Source: Planctomycetota bacterium (lineage in GTDB: Bacteria; Planctomycetota; UBA8108; UBA1146). Taken from it: a stretch of DNA of 58,756 bases. How positions within the stretch are numbered: position 1 is the stretch's first letter; the number at the start of each line of letters is the position of its first letter. Below the pieces are notes generated by a model. The model made no database searches, was not told where the DNA came from, and worked only from the letters and a program-made list of their open reading frames with translations. The stretch spans positions 1-58,756 of the forward strand of contig JAYZBV010000095.1 of NCBI GenBank assembly GCA_036338595.1. Direction: 5' to 3'. The position numbers and the translations under genes are program-made. Shown here in pieces: positions 40,782 to 50,041 of this stretch.

Positions 40782-42050
40782 ATGTCTTCAGAAGATGTAA
40801 TGTCCTGGATCGGCTTCGGGATCGTAGCTGTCGTCGGCCTGGAGATCTTGCTCTCGCTGGCGTCTGCACTGAGGAGAACAAATCAGAATATTCGCTTCAG
40901 ACAACTGGAGACACAGAAGCTACTGCAAGAACTCGATCAAGCCCCTGACATCGTCACGGCACAAGATCCACGCAAGGCCTGGCGCGGATATCGTCGATTC
41001 ATTCTGGACGAAAAAGTAACTGAAGCGTTGAACACATGCTCTTTATACCTTCGCCCTCTGGATGGCGAACCCCTTCCACCATTTGAACCGGGTCAACATC
41101 TAGGATTTCAACTGCGCATACCAGGATCCAAGCGACCGACAGTGAGAAACTACTCGCTCTCGTGCGGTCCTGGAGATCAAGATCGATATCGAATCACCGT
41201 GAAGAAAATCCCGCCTCCTCTGAACAAACCGGATGTACCCCCCGGTGCAGGCTCATCGTTCCTTCATGATAATCTGAAGGTCGGAGATCTGCTCGAAGTC
41301 TGTAGCCCTGCAGGAAAGTTCACTCTCGATCGATTGGATCCACGGCCAGCAGTCTTCCTGGCGGGCGGAATCGGTGTCACGCCACTACTGAGCATGCTGG
41401 AGGCCATCTGTGCTGAACGACTGGATAGAAAGTGCTACTTCATTCATGCCGTAAGAAATCGACAAGATCACCCCTTTCGCGATCACATCGCGCGCCTCGT
41501 GGAACGTCATGAGAATGTTGAACTCCACATCTTCTACAGCGAGCCCGATGAACCAGATCAGGAGACGGACCATGTCCATCACGGATATGTCGATATCAGC
41601 CAGATAAAAAAACTCACAGGAGATGACGATCTTCAGTATTACATCTGTGGCCCTCCTCCAATGATGAACTCCCTGGTTCCTTCTCTGGAAGAATCAGGGG
41701 TACCGGCCGATAGCATATTGAGGGAAGCGTTTGGGCCGGCTTCGATCAAGAAAAAGAAATCGGCAACAACATCATCGACGCAGACCGATGCATCGGTGCT
41801 TCCCAAGATTCTCTTCGAGACGAGCGAAAGGACCATCCAGTGGGATGGAGAGAGTTCCATACTGGATATTGCCGAAGATGCTGGGATCATGATCGAAAGT
41901 AGCTGTCGCTCGGGGACCTGTGGCACCTGTGAAGTTCGCCTGAAACATGGGAAGGTGACCTACGAGGAGGAGCCATCTGCAGAGATCAGGGATGGCCACT
42001 GTCTGGCATGTGTCGCAATACCCATCGATGATATCGAAATCCAGGCATGA
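40782..42050 (+). CDS. Membrane-anchored FAD/NAD(P)H oxidoreductase with C-terminal [2Fe-2S] ferredoxin (FNR/Hcr/PaaE-like)
   Basis: N-terminal TM; RNYSLS, GAGSSFLH, AGGIGVTP, YICGPPPMM, EAFG, CRSGTCGTC...C. Confidence 0.92.
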   Translation: MSSEDVMSWIGFGIVAVVGLEILLSLASALRRTNQNIRFRQLETQKLLQELDQAPDIVTAQDPRKAWRGYRRFILDEKVTEALNTCSLYLRPLDGEPLPPFEPGQHLGFQLRIPGSKRPTVRNYSLSCGPGDQDRYRITVKKIPPPLNKPDVPPGAGSSFLHDNLKVGDLLEVCSPAGKFTLDRLDPRPAVFLAGGIGVTPLLSMLEAICAERLDRKCYFIHAVRNRQDHPFRDHIARLVERHENVELHIFYSEPDEPDQETDHVHHGYVDISQIKKLTGDDDLQYYICGPPPMMNSLVPSLEESGVPADSILREAFGPASIKKKKSATTSSTQTDASVLPKILFETSERTIQWDGESSILDIAEDAGIMIESSCRSGTCGTCEVRLKHGKVTYEEEPSAEIRDGHCLACVAIPIDDIEIQA

Positions 42051-42095
42051 TCGAGTAGCGCAGATTCGCTGAAAACAAACCTAGGAGTTGTCATC

Positions 42096-43130
42096 GTAAA
42101 CAAGATCTTCACCGTCGGAATACTCGCGCTGTGCTCGCTGGGGTTCCTGGATCTGTCGGGTGCCCGAGACGATGGAATCACACCACCCGGAGTGGGGCCC
42201 GGCCACGATCCCGCGAGCATCCAGGGAGCCGATCAGTGTATCGAATGCCACAAGCACTCCGGAAGTATCTGGGAGTCGACCCCTCATTTCGGCACCATCA
42301 CAGAGATGCCGCGATCGGAGGAGGGGCGTGCGATTGCAAAAAGGATGGGGATCAAGCGCATCAAGAGCGAGAGTCTCTGCCTCGATTGTCATGCCACCAC
42401 AAAGTTGGTTGCAGAGAAGACCAAACCCGTTTCGGGGATCTCCTGCGAATCTTGCCATGGAGCGGCCAGCGGCTGGCTGAAAAGACATGGCGAGTTCAGT
42501 GGCAAGGAAGAAGGGCAAGAAACCGCCACCGAGATCGAGGCCCGCTGGAATGATGCGCAAGTGGCAGGGATGCTGAGACCAGCGATGATACTGGAGATCG
42601 CCAGAAATTGTGTCAGCTGTCATGTCATCCCGAATGAAGCCCTGATCAACACCGGACTGCATTCCACCGGAAGCGACTTCGAACTGGTGGCATGGACCCA
42701 GGGTGTCATCCGACACAACAACTTCTATACCAAGGGAAAAGAAAACAAGGTTGCCTCCATCGAACGACAACGATTGTTCCACATCGTGGGAATCCTCGCG
42801 GAGATGGAAACCGTGCTGCGCGCTGTCGCCACCGCAACCAGCGGAGGAGATTATGCAGTCAAGAATGCCAGGAGGTTTGCTCGCTTGAGGAAGCGCCTCG
42901 ACGCCGTCGACCAGTTGACTGACATCCCACAGGTCTCTGAAGCGATGGCGGCGATCAAGGAGCTCAAGATGAGCCTGAAAAACCAGCCAGCCATCGCCAG
43001 TGCTGCAGATCAGATCACATCTGCAGTCAATGCCTTTGCTGCGATTCATGACGGTAGCCAGCTGCAGAGCATCGACTCGCTTCTGGCGAAGCCAGAGAAC
43101 TACAGGGGAGGGTCGCCAGAGTCCCCGTGA
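42096..43130 (+). CDS. Tetraheme c-type cytochrome (c554-like); start codon uncertain, apparently non-canonical
   Basis: CIECH, CLDCH, CESCH, CVSCH; frame is open upstream of GTG 42192 and encodes a signal peptide (NKIFTVGILALCSLGFLDLSGA) behind an AGGAG RBS. Confidence 0.82.
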   Translation, partial: VNKIFTVGILALCSLGFLDLSGARDDGITPPGVGPGHDPASIQGADQCIECHKHSGSIWESTPHFGTITEMPRSEEGRAIAKRMGIKRIKSESLCLDCHATTKLVAEKTKPVSGISCESCHGAASGWLKRHGEFSGKEEGQETATEIEARWNDAQVAGMLRPAMILEIARNCVSCHVIPNEALINTGLHSTGSDFELVAWTQGVIRHNNFYTKGKENKVASIERQRLFHIVGILAEMETVLRAVATATSGGDYAVKNARRFARLRKRLDAVDQLTDIPQVSEAMAAIKELKMSLKNQPAIASAADQITSAVNAFAAIHDGSQLQSIDSLLAKPENYRGGSPESP

Positions 43131-43142
43131 TGGCCTCGGTGA

Positions 43143-44840
43143 ATGGTGTCTGGCATGGAGAACTCAACACTGCGAGTCAGCCGCCCAAAGCGATGGGATC
43201 AACCCTTCGGAGAAGAGCCTCTTCCCGAGACTCTCGTGAACTGGGTACTGACCGACTCTGTCCTCTCCGTGGCTCTTTCTGACTATCTACAGGGCAATAC
43301 CCCGATCGAGGATATCCTCCGCAACGACGCCAGAAAAGTCGACATCGATGCAGGTGAGATACTCATTCGAAAGGGGGACTACGGCGGCTCTGTCTTCCTT
43401 TGTATGTCGGGAAAACTTCGCGTACTGCTCGATCCTGCTGGAGAGAATGCGCTCGATACACGAGAGAAAGTGAACCAGAAGTCATGGATCGAAGCGATCT
43501 CGCAACTGTGGCAAAACTCCAGGCTGCCCGAGACACGCTCTGATCTGTCGTTTTCAGATGCACGACAATCTCAAGAATCCATCATCAAGAAAACTCGAAT
43601 GCTACCGAGGGCGCTTCCTGAATTTTTGACCAGTTACAGCTCCAGAGAGATCTATCCCGGAGAATTGACCGGCGAGATCGCTGCACTGAGGAGAAGCAGC
43701 CGAACCGCCACCATCTTCGCAGAAGAGCCTTCTTCACTGATCGAAATCCGCTGGCAGGGACTCCGAGACATCTGCCGCAGGTCGAAGTCATTGTGGGAAC
43801 TCCTCGAAGAGCGCATTCGCACCTATTCTCTCCAGTTGGTTTTTTCGGATTTGCCTCTGCTCGAGTCGATTCCAGAACAGTCCAAGAAGTCGCTGGTCCA
43901 GGAAATCCGATTTGAACGACATGGTGATGAGAACTGGAACAGAGACCTCAGATCATCGATGGGAAATCGACAGGAAATGCTATCGCGCGAAACACTCGTT
44001 GTGAAATCGGGTCAACACCTGGATGGTGTTTTCATCTTGATGAATGGGTTCGCCAGAATCTCCAAGGATACCGGTGGGACCATCGAAACCAGGGATTACC
44101 TGCGTCCTGGTGATGTATTTGGAATCGATGAGATCCTCTCATCCATCGAATCAGGTGTGCCTAGCAATTCTTCCAGCAGTCTTCGATGCATCGGTGCAAC
44201 CGACCTGCTTCTCATCTCAACACCCTCTTTCAAGAAGCACATTTATCCCTACATAGAGAAGCAGGACCTCCTCGACAACTTCAGCCGTAGTCGCGTAGCA
44301 GGAAAAATTACTGGAGGGATGCTCGACTTTCTTCTCGATCACAGAACCATCAATGGCAATCAGACGATGATCATCGACCTGAACCGTTGCACCGACTGCG
44401 ATGATTGCGTCAAGGCCTGTGCCGTCACACACGACGGCAATCCAAGGTTCATTCGAGAGGGATACCGCCACGCCCAGTTGATGGTTGCTACCGCCTGCAT
44501 GCACTGCTGTGATCCGGTCTGTCTCATCGGGTGTCCGACCGGTGCCATTCATCGTGACCCTCACAGCGGAAATGTCATCATTCAGGATTCCACCTGCATT
44601 GGCTGTGGCACATGCGTTGAAGCGTGCCCCTATGACAACATCCGTACCGTGGAAATTCGAGATCCTTCAGGTGCCCCGATCATCGACATCGAGTCAGGGG
44701 AACCTCTCCTTCGAGCAACCAAGTGCGATCTCTGCAGCGATCAGCCTTCCGGTCCTGCCTGTGTCAACGCCTGCCCTCATGATGCTCTTCACCGTGTTGA
44801 TTTCGGAGCCCGAGATCCGCTGCTGAGCAGGAGAGGTTGA
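43143..44840 (+). CDS. Fusion of two cyclic-nucleotide-binding domains with a DmsB/NrfC-type 4x[4Fe-4S] ferredoxin
   Basis: GEILIRKGD..., GEIAAL..RTAT; second degenerate CNB; CTDCDDCVKAC, CMHCCDPVCLIGCP, CIGCGTCVEACP, KCDLC...ACVNACP; no export signal. Confidence 0.9.
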   Translation: MVSGMENSTLRVSRPKRWDQPFGEEPLPETLVNWVLTDSVLSVALSDYLQGNTPIEDILRNDARKVDIDAGEILIRKGDYGGSVFLCMSGKLRVLLDPAGENALDTREKVNQKSWIEAISQLWQNSRLPETRSDLSFSDARQSQESIIKKTRMLPRALPEFLTSYSSREIYPGELTGEIAALRRSSRTATIFAEEPSSLIEIRWQGLRDICRRSKSLWELLEERIRTYSLQLVFSDLPLLESIPEQSKKSLVQEIRFERHGDENWNRDLRSSMGNRQEMLSRETLVVKSGQHLDGVFILMNGFARISKDTGGTIETRDYLRPGDVFGIDEILSSIESGVPSNSSSSLRCIGATDLLLISTPSFKKHIYPYIEKQDLLDNFSRSRVAGKITGGMLDFLLDHRTINGNQTMIIDLNRCTDCDDCVKACAVTHDGNPRFIREGYRHAQLMVATACMHCCDPVCLIGCPTGAIHRDPHSGNVIIQDSTCIGCGTCVEACPYDNIRTVEIRDPSGAPIIDIESGEPLLRATKCDLCSDQPSGPACVNACPHDALHRVDFGARDPLLSRRG

Positions 44841-44843
44841 CCG

Positions 44844-45674
44844 ATGGCAACCCTCAGAAAGCCGCCGAGGATCGTGGTCCTGCTGACCATCGCCATATTG
44901 ATCATCTTCTGGATCTCGGTCAGCGATGCGGAACGATCGCTGGAAGATCCGGCATCCACGAGTGGTTGGTTTCTGATCGCCAGCTTCGTGCTGCTATGCA
45001 TCTATGGACTCCGGAAGCGATTGCCATTCCTGCCGCTGGGCAAGACATCGACCTGGCTGATGTTGCACCTTGCCACTGGCTGGATCAGCGGTTTCATGTT
45101 TCTGGTACACACCGAATATCGTTTTCCCACAGGCAATTTTGAAATTCTACTGTGGAGTGGATACGCATTTCTCCTTGTCAGTGGAATCGGTGGTTGGATC
45201 TTGATGCGTCAAATCCCTCAACCCTTGCACGACTCTCAGGAGGCGATACTCCCGGCCAGGATTCCCCATGAAATCGCCCAGATCAGGGATGAAGCGGATC
45301 AACAGATGACAGGACTCAGCAAGACGGGATCCGATTCGACCTTCGACCAGGTCTACATCGAGTTACTCAGGCCCTTCCTCTTTCAAGGACCCGGAATATT
45401 TCCGCAGGGACGAGGTGGAAACCAGTACATCCCTCTGCTGCTGGAGCAGCAGTACTCAACACGATTCAATACAGCAAACATCGATTCGGACAGTTGCGAG
45501 GAACAGATCCTGGAACTGGTTGCGAAGAAGGCTCGACTGGATCGACAATTACGGCTCCATCTATGGATGAGAGGGTGGCTACTGATACACCTCCCTCTCA
45601 CCGGGGCGATGGTGCTGATCATCCTGCTTCATCTGATTCTTGTGTTCTCCCACGCGGCAGAGTTGGGGATTTGA
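44844..45674 (+). CDS. Integral membrane protein, ferric-reductase-like cytochrome b candidate
   Basis: About 5 TM; intramembrane His in WLMLH, FLVH, WLLIH, ILLH; LRKR motif. Confidence 0.7.
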   Translation: MATLRKPPRIVVLLTIAILIIFWISVSDAERSLEDPASTSGWFLIASFVLLCIYGLRKRLPFLPLGKTSTWLMLHLATGWISGFMFLVHTEYRFPTGNFEILLWSGYAFLLVSGIGGWILMRQIPQPLHDSQEAILPARIPHEIAQIRDEADQQMTGLSKTGSDSTFDQVYIELLRPFLFQGPGIFPQGRGGNQYIPLLLEQQYSTRFNTANIDSDSCEEQILELVAKKARLDRQLRLHLWMRGWLLIHLPLTGAMVLIILLHLILVFSHAAELGI

Positions 45675-47704
45675 TGGCGAACCAACGTGGTCCATTCGAT
45701 GCAAGAGTGACCCGGTACAACAGACCGGACCAGCCATTTTCCTGTGGCCGCACTGGTCATCCTTGTCAGCATGGACCCGGCCCCGACGGCCGCTGCTCCG
45801 AGTCCGACCATCGCTGCATTCCTGTACCGAGTGAAGGTAGACAGAGACGCAACATGCTTCTGCGGGCCCTGTTTCTCACCTTCGGTCTGGGTCTCATCGT
45901 CATCTCGGGAGACTGGACCGTATCGCTCGATCCAGGGGCCAGAAGTAGCGCCCACTCACAGCTCCAATGTTCACAGTGCCATGATCCGGAACTGTCCACT
46001 TCGCTCACCTTCTTGAGCAGAGGATTGCTTGGTATCGGAGATTCTCACTCTTCCAGACAGTGTCTCGAATGCCACGACATGGGTGAAAATGCCGTCGATC
46101 CGCATTCCGTGTCTCCGCAGCGATGGGAAAAGATTCTCGCTGGAGGCTCGCCAACTTCCGATGGGATCGCATCGATACCGTGTGCTCGCTGTCATGTAGA
46201 ACACCGAATCGAGTCGCCAGCATCAGGACTCAACGATGCTCGCTGTCAGGCGTGTCATCAAAATCGCTTCCCATCCTTTCACGAGGGGCACCCGGAGTTT
46301 GGTGATGAATATGGAGTTCCCACCAGGGCGATCCAGTTTGATCACTTCAGCCACGCCAATCGTCACTTCATGGAAAACCCGGATATGGCACCAGAGCGTT
46401 GTGATCAATGCCACACCCTCGGTCCGGATGGTAACCGGATGCAAGTGAAGCCCTTTTCGATGTCTTGCGCACGATGCCATGAGGATTCCATCGGAGGTCG
46501 TGGCCCTGCCGGTAAGGATCTGGGAATCGAGGTGCTGGCCATCCCCGACATCGATACCGCTACGCTTCGCGAAGCAGGGATGGAGTTGGGTGACTGGCCC
46601 TTCAATGGAACCGAGTTCCCGAAATCATGGAGTCGACGGTGGATCCGCCATGCGTTGGATACCGATCCGTCGCTCTCAGAACTTTCAGGAATTGAACTCT
46701 GGTCTCTCGAGGGACAATCGGAAGCCGTTCTCAACTCCGCCAGCCACCTGGCCTGGGGCTACAAGGAAGCCCTTCTCGATGCCGCCGACGGAAATCTGGA
46801 ATCCCTGATACTCAGGATGGTGCCCTCAGGAGCTGACAACCTGACCCATGATGAAACGGCCCGACTCGCGGCTCTGCTGCCTCGCTCATTGCTGAAGGAG
46901 GCGAGCGATGCCTGGTTTCCCCATCTCTCCGAGGAGGTGGCTCTTCATCGTGCCGGTGAGGATCTTCCCGGCAAGGATCCTGCTGCTGCCCGCCAACCAG
47001 AGGAGGACGATCCACCGGGGGATGGAGCCGAGGATGATCTGCTCGGCGATGATCTACTCGGAGATGATCTACTCGAAGAAGATTTGCTCGATGATGATCT
47101 GCTCGATGGGGACTTGCTCGATGAGAATGCCGTGGACGCAGCCAGTTCGACGGAAGCAACGCCGAGTTCGTCGTCGACCAACCCCGCTCGCTGGGCCAAT
47201 GCTGGTGGCTGGTACCGGGTAGATTCTTCGATCCGATACCGTCCGGTGCAGCATGCCGACAGTTTCCTGCGCGCCTGGGCTACCCTGGAAGCAAGAACCG
47301 GCGATCAGGATCCCGATTCGGCACACGTCTTCGCGCAGATCTTTTCAACAGACTCTCCCGGAGCGTGTGCGTCCTGTCATGTAGGACTTCAGCACGGCAG
47401 TGATCAGGTGCGATGGCAGCCAGATTCTCACCGCGAAGAACCATTCCCTCGCTTCACTCACTTCTCCCACGGGCCTCATATTCTCGGCAATTCCGACATC
47501 AGCTGTCTCGGTTGCCACGAGCCCGCAACGAACAAGGATCTTGCCAATGATTGGAAATCCGTGACACGCAATCAGTGCACCGATTGCCATGGTCATCCTA
47601 TCGAGGATCGCTGTACAACCTGTCACGATTATCACGCAGGCCCCAGAAGCGGTGTCTTCGGTGTCACGGATCTGGATATCTTGCGGAGTCCAGAAGATCG
47701 TTGA
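45674..47704 (+). CDS. Membrane-anchored decaheme c-type cytochrome (cytochrome c3-like)
   Basis: 10 CxxCH (6 N-terminal, 4 C-terminal), FDHFSH and FSHGPH c3-like His motifs, TM after a Cys-rich N-terminus; TGATG overlap. Confidence 0.88.
   Translation: MANQRGPFDARVTRYNRPDQPFSCGRTGHPCQHGPGPDGRCSESDHRCIPVPSEGRQRRNMLLRALFLTFGLGLIVISGDWTVSLDPGARSSAHSQLQCSQCHDPELSTSLTFLSRGLLGIGDSHSSRQCLECHDMGENAVDPHSVSPQRWEKILAGGSPTSDGIASIPCARCHVEHRIESPASGLNDARCQACHQNRFPSFHEGHPEFGDEYGVPTRAIQFDHFSHANRHFMENPDMAPERCDQCHTLGPDGNRMQVKPFSMSCARCHEDSIGGRGPAGKDLGIEVLAIPDIDTATLREAGMELGDWPFNGTEFPKSWSRRWIRHALDTDPSLSELSGIELWSLEGQSEAVLNSASHLAWGYKEALLDAADGNLESLILRMVPSGADNLTHDETARLAALLPRSLLKEASDAWFPHLSEEVALHRAGEDLPGKDPAAARQPEEDDPPGDGAEDDLLGDDLLGDDLLEEDLLDDDLLDGDLLDENAVDAASSTEATPSSSSTNPARWANAGGWYRVDSSIRYRPVQHADSFLRAWATLEARTGDQDPDSAHVFAQIFSTDSPGACASCHVGLQHGSDQVRWQPDSHREEPFPRFTHFSHGPHILGNSDISCLGCHEPATNKDLANDWKSVTRNQCTDCHGHPIEDRCTTCHDYHAGPRSGVFGVTDLDILRSPEDR
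47033..47122 (+). repeat. Intragenic 6 x 15-bp degenerate tandem repeat encoding (D/E/G)DLL(G/E/D)
   Basis: GATGATCTGCTCGGC-like units in frame within the decaheme gene. Confidence 0.85.
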
Positions 47705-47727
47705 TCACGAGCAAGAGGACCGTTCCC

Positions 47728-48918
47728 TCAGCGATTTCGATGCCATCGCTCGATGCGCGTGATGGCTTCATCGAGAATCTCCTCACTTGTGGCAAATGAG
47801 ATCCTCAGGTGCCCTTTTGCCCCCGGCCCGAACCAACGCTCGTCGCCCGGGACCACGGCAACACGTGCCCGCTCCAGAATTTCTGCTGCCAGATCATTGG
47901 CATCCATTCCAGTTTCAACGATATCAGGGAACAACAGGTAGGTTCCCTCCGGCTCGGGGCAACAAAATCCATCCAGTGCATCGAGACGTGGTGCTGCGAA
48001 GCGACTCATCCTCTTCAGGTGTTCGATGAACCCGTCACGCCACCCATCGCATCGACCCAGCGCAGCTTCCGCTGCGACCTGTGACAACACCGAAGCACCA
48101 AATGTTGTTCGAGGAGCCCCAGAAGCTTCGAGCACGCGATCGGCGAGTTCGACGCTACCCGAATGGATGAAACCGATTCTCAATCCTGCCAGTCCATAGG
48201 TCTTGCTGAACCCGGATACCGTGATGGTTCGCCGGGCCACCTCATCCGACAATGAAGCGATACTCGTCATCTGGATGTCACCGAGTACGATGTCTGCCCA
48301 GACCTCGTCACTGATGATCACCAGATCGTGATCGATGGCCAACTTGGCGATGCGCTGCAATTCTTCGACTCGAAGCACCCTGCCCGTTGGATTGTGCGGA
48401 TTGCAGACCAGGATGGCGCGAGTGCGATCAGAGATCTTCTGTTCCAGAACATCCGGGGCAATGGCACCGCTACCTCGCTCGAGTGGACACCGAACCACCG
48501 TTGCACCGGCCTGTTCGGAACAATGCGGCAGTAGAAAATCGACCGGGTCAAATGTGATCGCTTCATCCCCGGATCCCAGCACTGCACGACAAGCCGCCCA
48601 CAACGCCGAAGCAGCACCGTCCGTCGCCAGGATCTGATCAGTGCTGGAAGGAACCTGACGCTCCTCCATCCGCTTCGACACGGCTTCGCGAAACCCGAGC
48701 AATCCCCTCGTCGGTCCGTAACCAAGGATTCCATCGTCAACATGGGCACGGATCGATTCGAGAATCTCCCTGGCGACAGGAAAGTCTGGATCCGCAGCAG
48801 TCAACGGGATGACATCGTCATCCACCTCTGCCCATCGCAGATTGAATGCCCGCTGGCGAAGCAGAGTGAGATCCACCGTGTCCGGGGTAAATGAACGGGT
48901 GGGGTCATCGAAGTTCAA
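47728..48918 (-). CDS. PLP-dependent aminotransferase class I/II (AspC/MalY-like)
   Basis: CNPHNPTG, ISDEVW, GFSKTYGLAGLRIG, LRISFAT. Confidence 0.92.
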   Translation of the reverse strand: MNFDDPTRSFTPDTVDLTLLRQRAFNLRWAEVDDDVIPLTAADPDFPVAREILESIRAHVDDGILGYGPTRGLLGFREAVSKRMEERQVPSSTDQILATDGAASALWAACRAVLGSGDEAITFDPVDFLLPHCSEQAGATVVRCPLERGSGAIAPDVLEQKISDRTRAILVCNPHNPTGRVLRVEELQRIAKLAIDHDLVIISDEVWADIVLGDIQMTSIASLSDEVARRTITVSGFSKTYGLAGLRIGFIHSGSVELADRVLEASGAPRTTFGASVLSQVAAEAALGRCDGWRDGFIEHLKRMSRFAAPRLDALDGFCCPEPEGTYLLFPDIVETGMDANDLAAEILERARVAVVPGDERWFGPGAKGHLRISFATSEEILDEAITRIERWHRNR

Positions 48919-48946
48919 CAGCCAGCCTCCACGACAACCCGACGAC

Positions 48947-50041
48947 TCAGGAGCAGATGGGAACGATCTGCTGGGTGCGGCGAGTAGGGTTCAGAAACTG
49001 CGACTGCATCCGGCGACCCATCTGCAGGCGCGCTCTCAGGATCGGAATCCGGAACCTGGAGAACTCGCAGAAAATTCCATCGAGTAGTTCCGGCTCCGGC
49101 GCCCTGGAAACATGATGGTCGAGGAGATCGCCGATGGCGAGAGCATCCTCGATCGCAGATCCGGTGCCCTGGCTGGTGAAGGTCAACAATGGATGGGCTG
49201 CATCTCCTACCAGCAGCACATTTCTTCGATGAAAGCACGATGGAAGATCCCTGTCCGTGGTCCTCCACAGGTGGGTCTGATTCAGATCCGACCCCAGGAT
49301 GATCTCGGCGACAGGATCAGGCCACTTTTTCACTTCTTCCCGTAGCCAGGCCAGTTTCTCCTGCTGCGGTGAAAAAATCATCGGCCAGCGCTGCGGATCA
49401 CACTGGATGTACCAGGTGACGCTTCCCGTGGAGGTGGGAACCAGTCCGATGGAGATCCCCTCGCCTGTACGACAGTACTTGAGAAAGCGTCCGTTCAGGA
49501 GTTCCGGGATTCCGTCTCCCCGGTACTTTCCGACCAGTTCGACGCTCTGCACCTGACGCAAAGCAGGACCTGGAGTCCAGCTGCTCCGTACTTTTGAGCG
49601 AACACCATCGGCCCCGATGAAAAGATCCGCTTCGACGCGAGTTCCATCCGAAAATATCGCCGCTCGAGCGACCCCTTGCTGATCCGATTCAAAGCCAAGA
49701 AATGATTTTCCCTGGTGAAGAATCCCCGGCTCCAGGGAAGCGAGGAGAGCGTTCTGAAGCTCGGCTCTCTCGATTCCTACCGTGTCATGAAGGCCCTGGC
49801 TGAGGATCGATCGACCATCTGCATCGCGAATATCCGACTGTTCCACCGAGTATCCCATCGAATCCTGATGGACCCCGAGGCGTTGCAAGCCCTGTCGGGC
49901 GGAAGGAGTAAGAAGCAGACCGAAGCCACCGGTGTTGGTGCCAGGTCTCCGCTCGAAAACGGAGACTTCATGGCCACTTTGGCGCAATCTGAGCGCCGAG
50001 GCCAGTCCGGCTGTGCTTCCACCGATGACTGCGATCCGCAT
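48947..50041 (-). CDS. FAD-dependent monooxygenase (salicylate hydroxylase/UbiH-like)
   Basis: IAVIGGSTAGL, GADGVRS, LVGDAAHP...QG...AIED. Confidence 0.9.
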   Translation of the reverse strand: MRIAVIGGSTAGLASALRLRQSGHEVSVFERRPGTNTGGFGLLLTPSARQGLQRLGVHQDSMGYSVEQSDIRDADGRSILSQGLHDTVGIERAELQNALLASLEPGILHQGKSFLGFESDQQGVARAAIFSDGTRVEADLFIGADGVRSKVRSSWTPGPALRQVQSVELVGKYRGDGIPELLNGRFLKYCRTGEGISIGLVPTSTGSVTWYIQCDPQRWPMIFSPQQEKLAWLREEVKKWPDPVAEIILGSDLNQTHLWRTTDRDLPSCFHRRNVLLVGDAAHPLLTFTSQGTGSAIEDALAIGDLLDHHVSRAPEPELLDGIFCEFSRFRIPILRARLQMGRRMQSQFLNPTRRTQQIVPICS

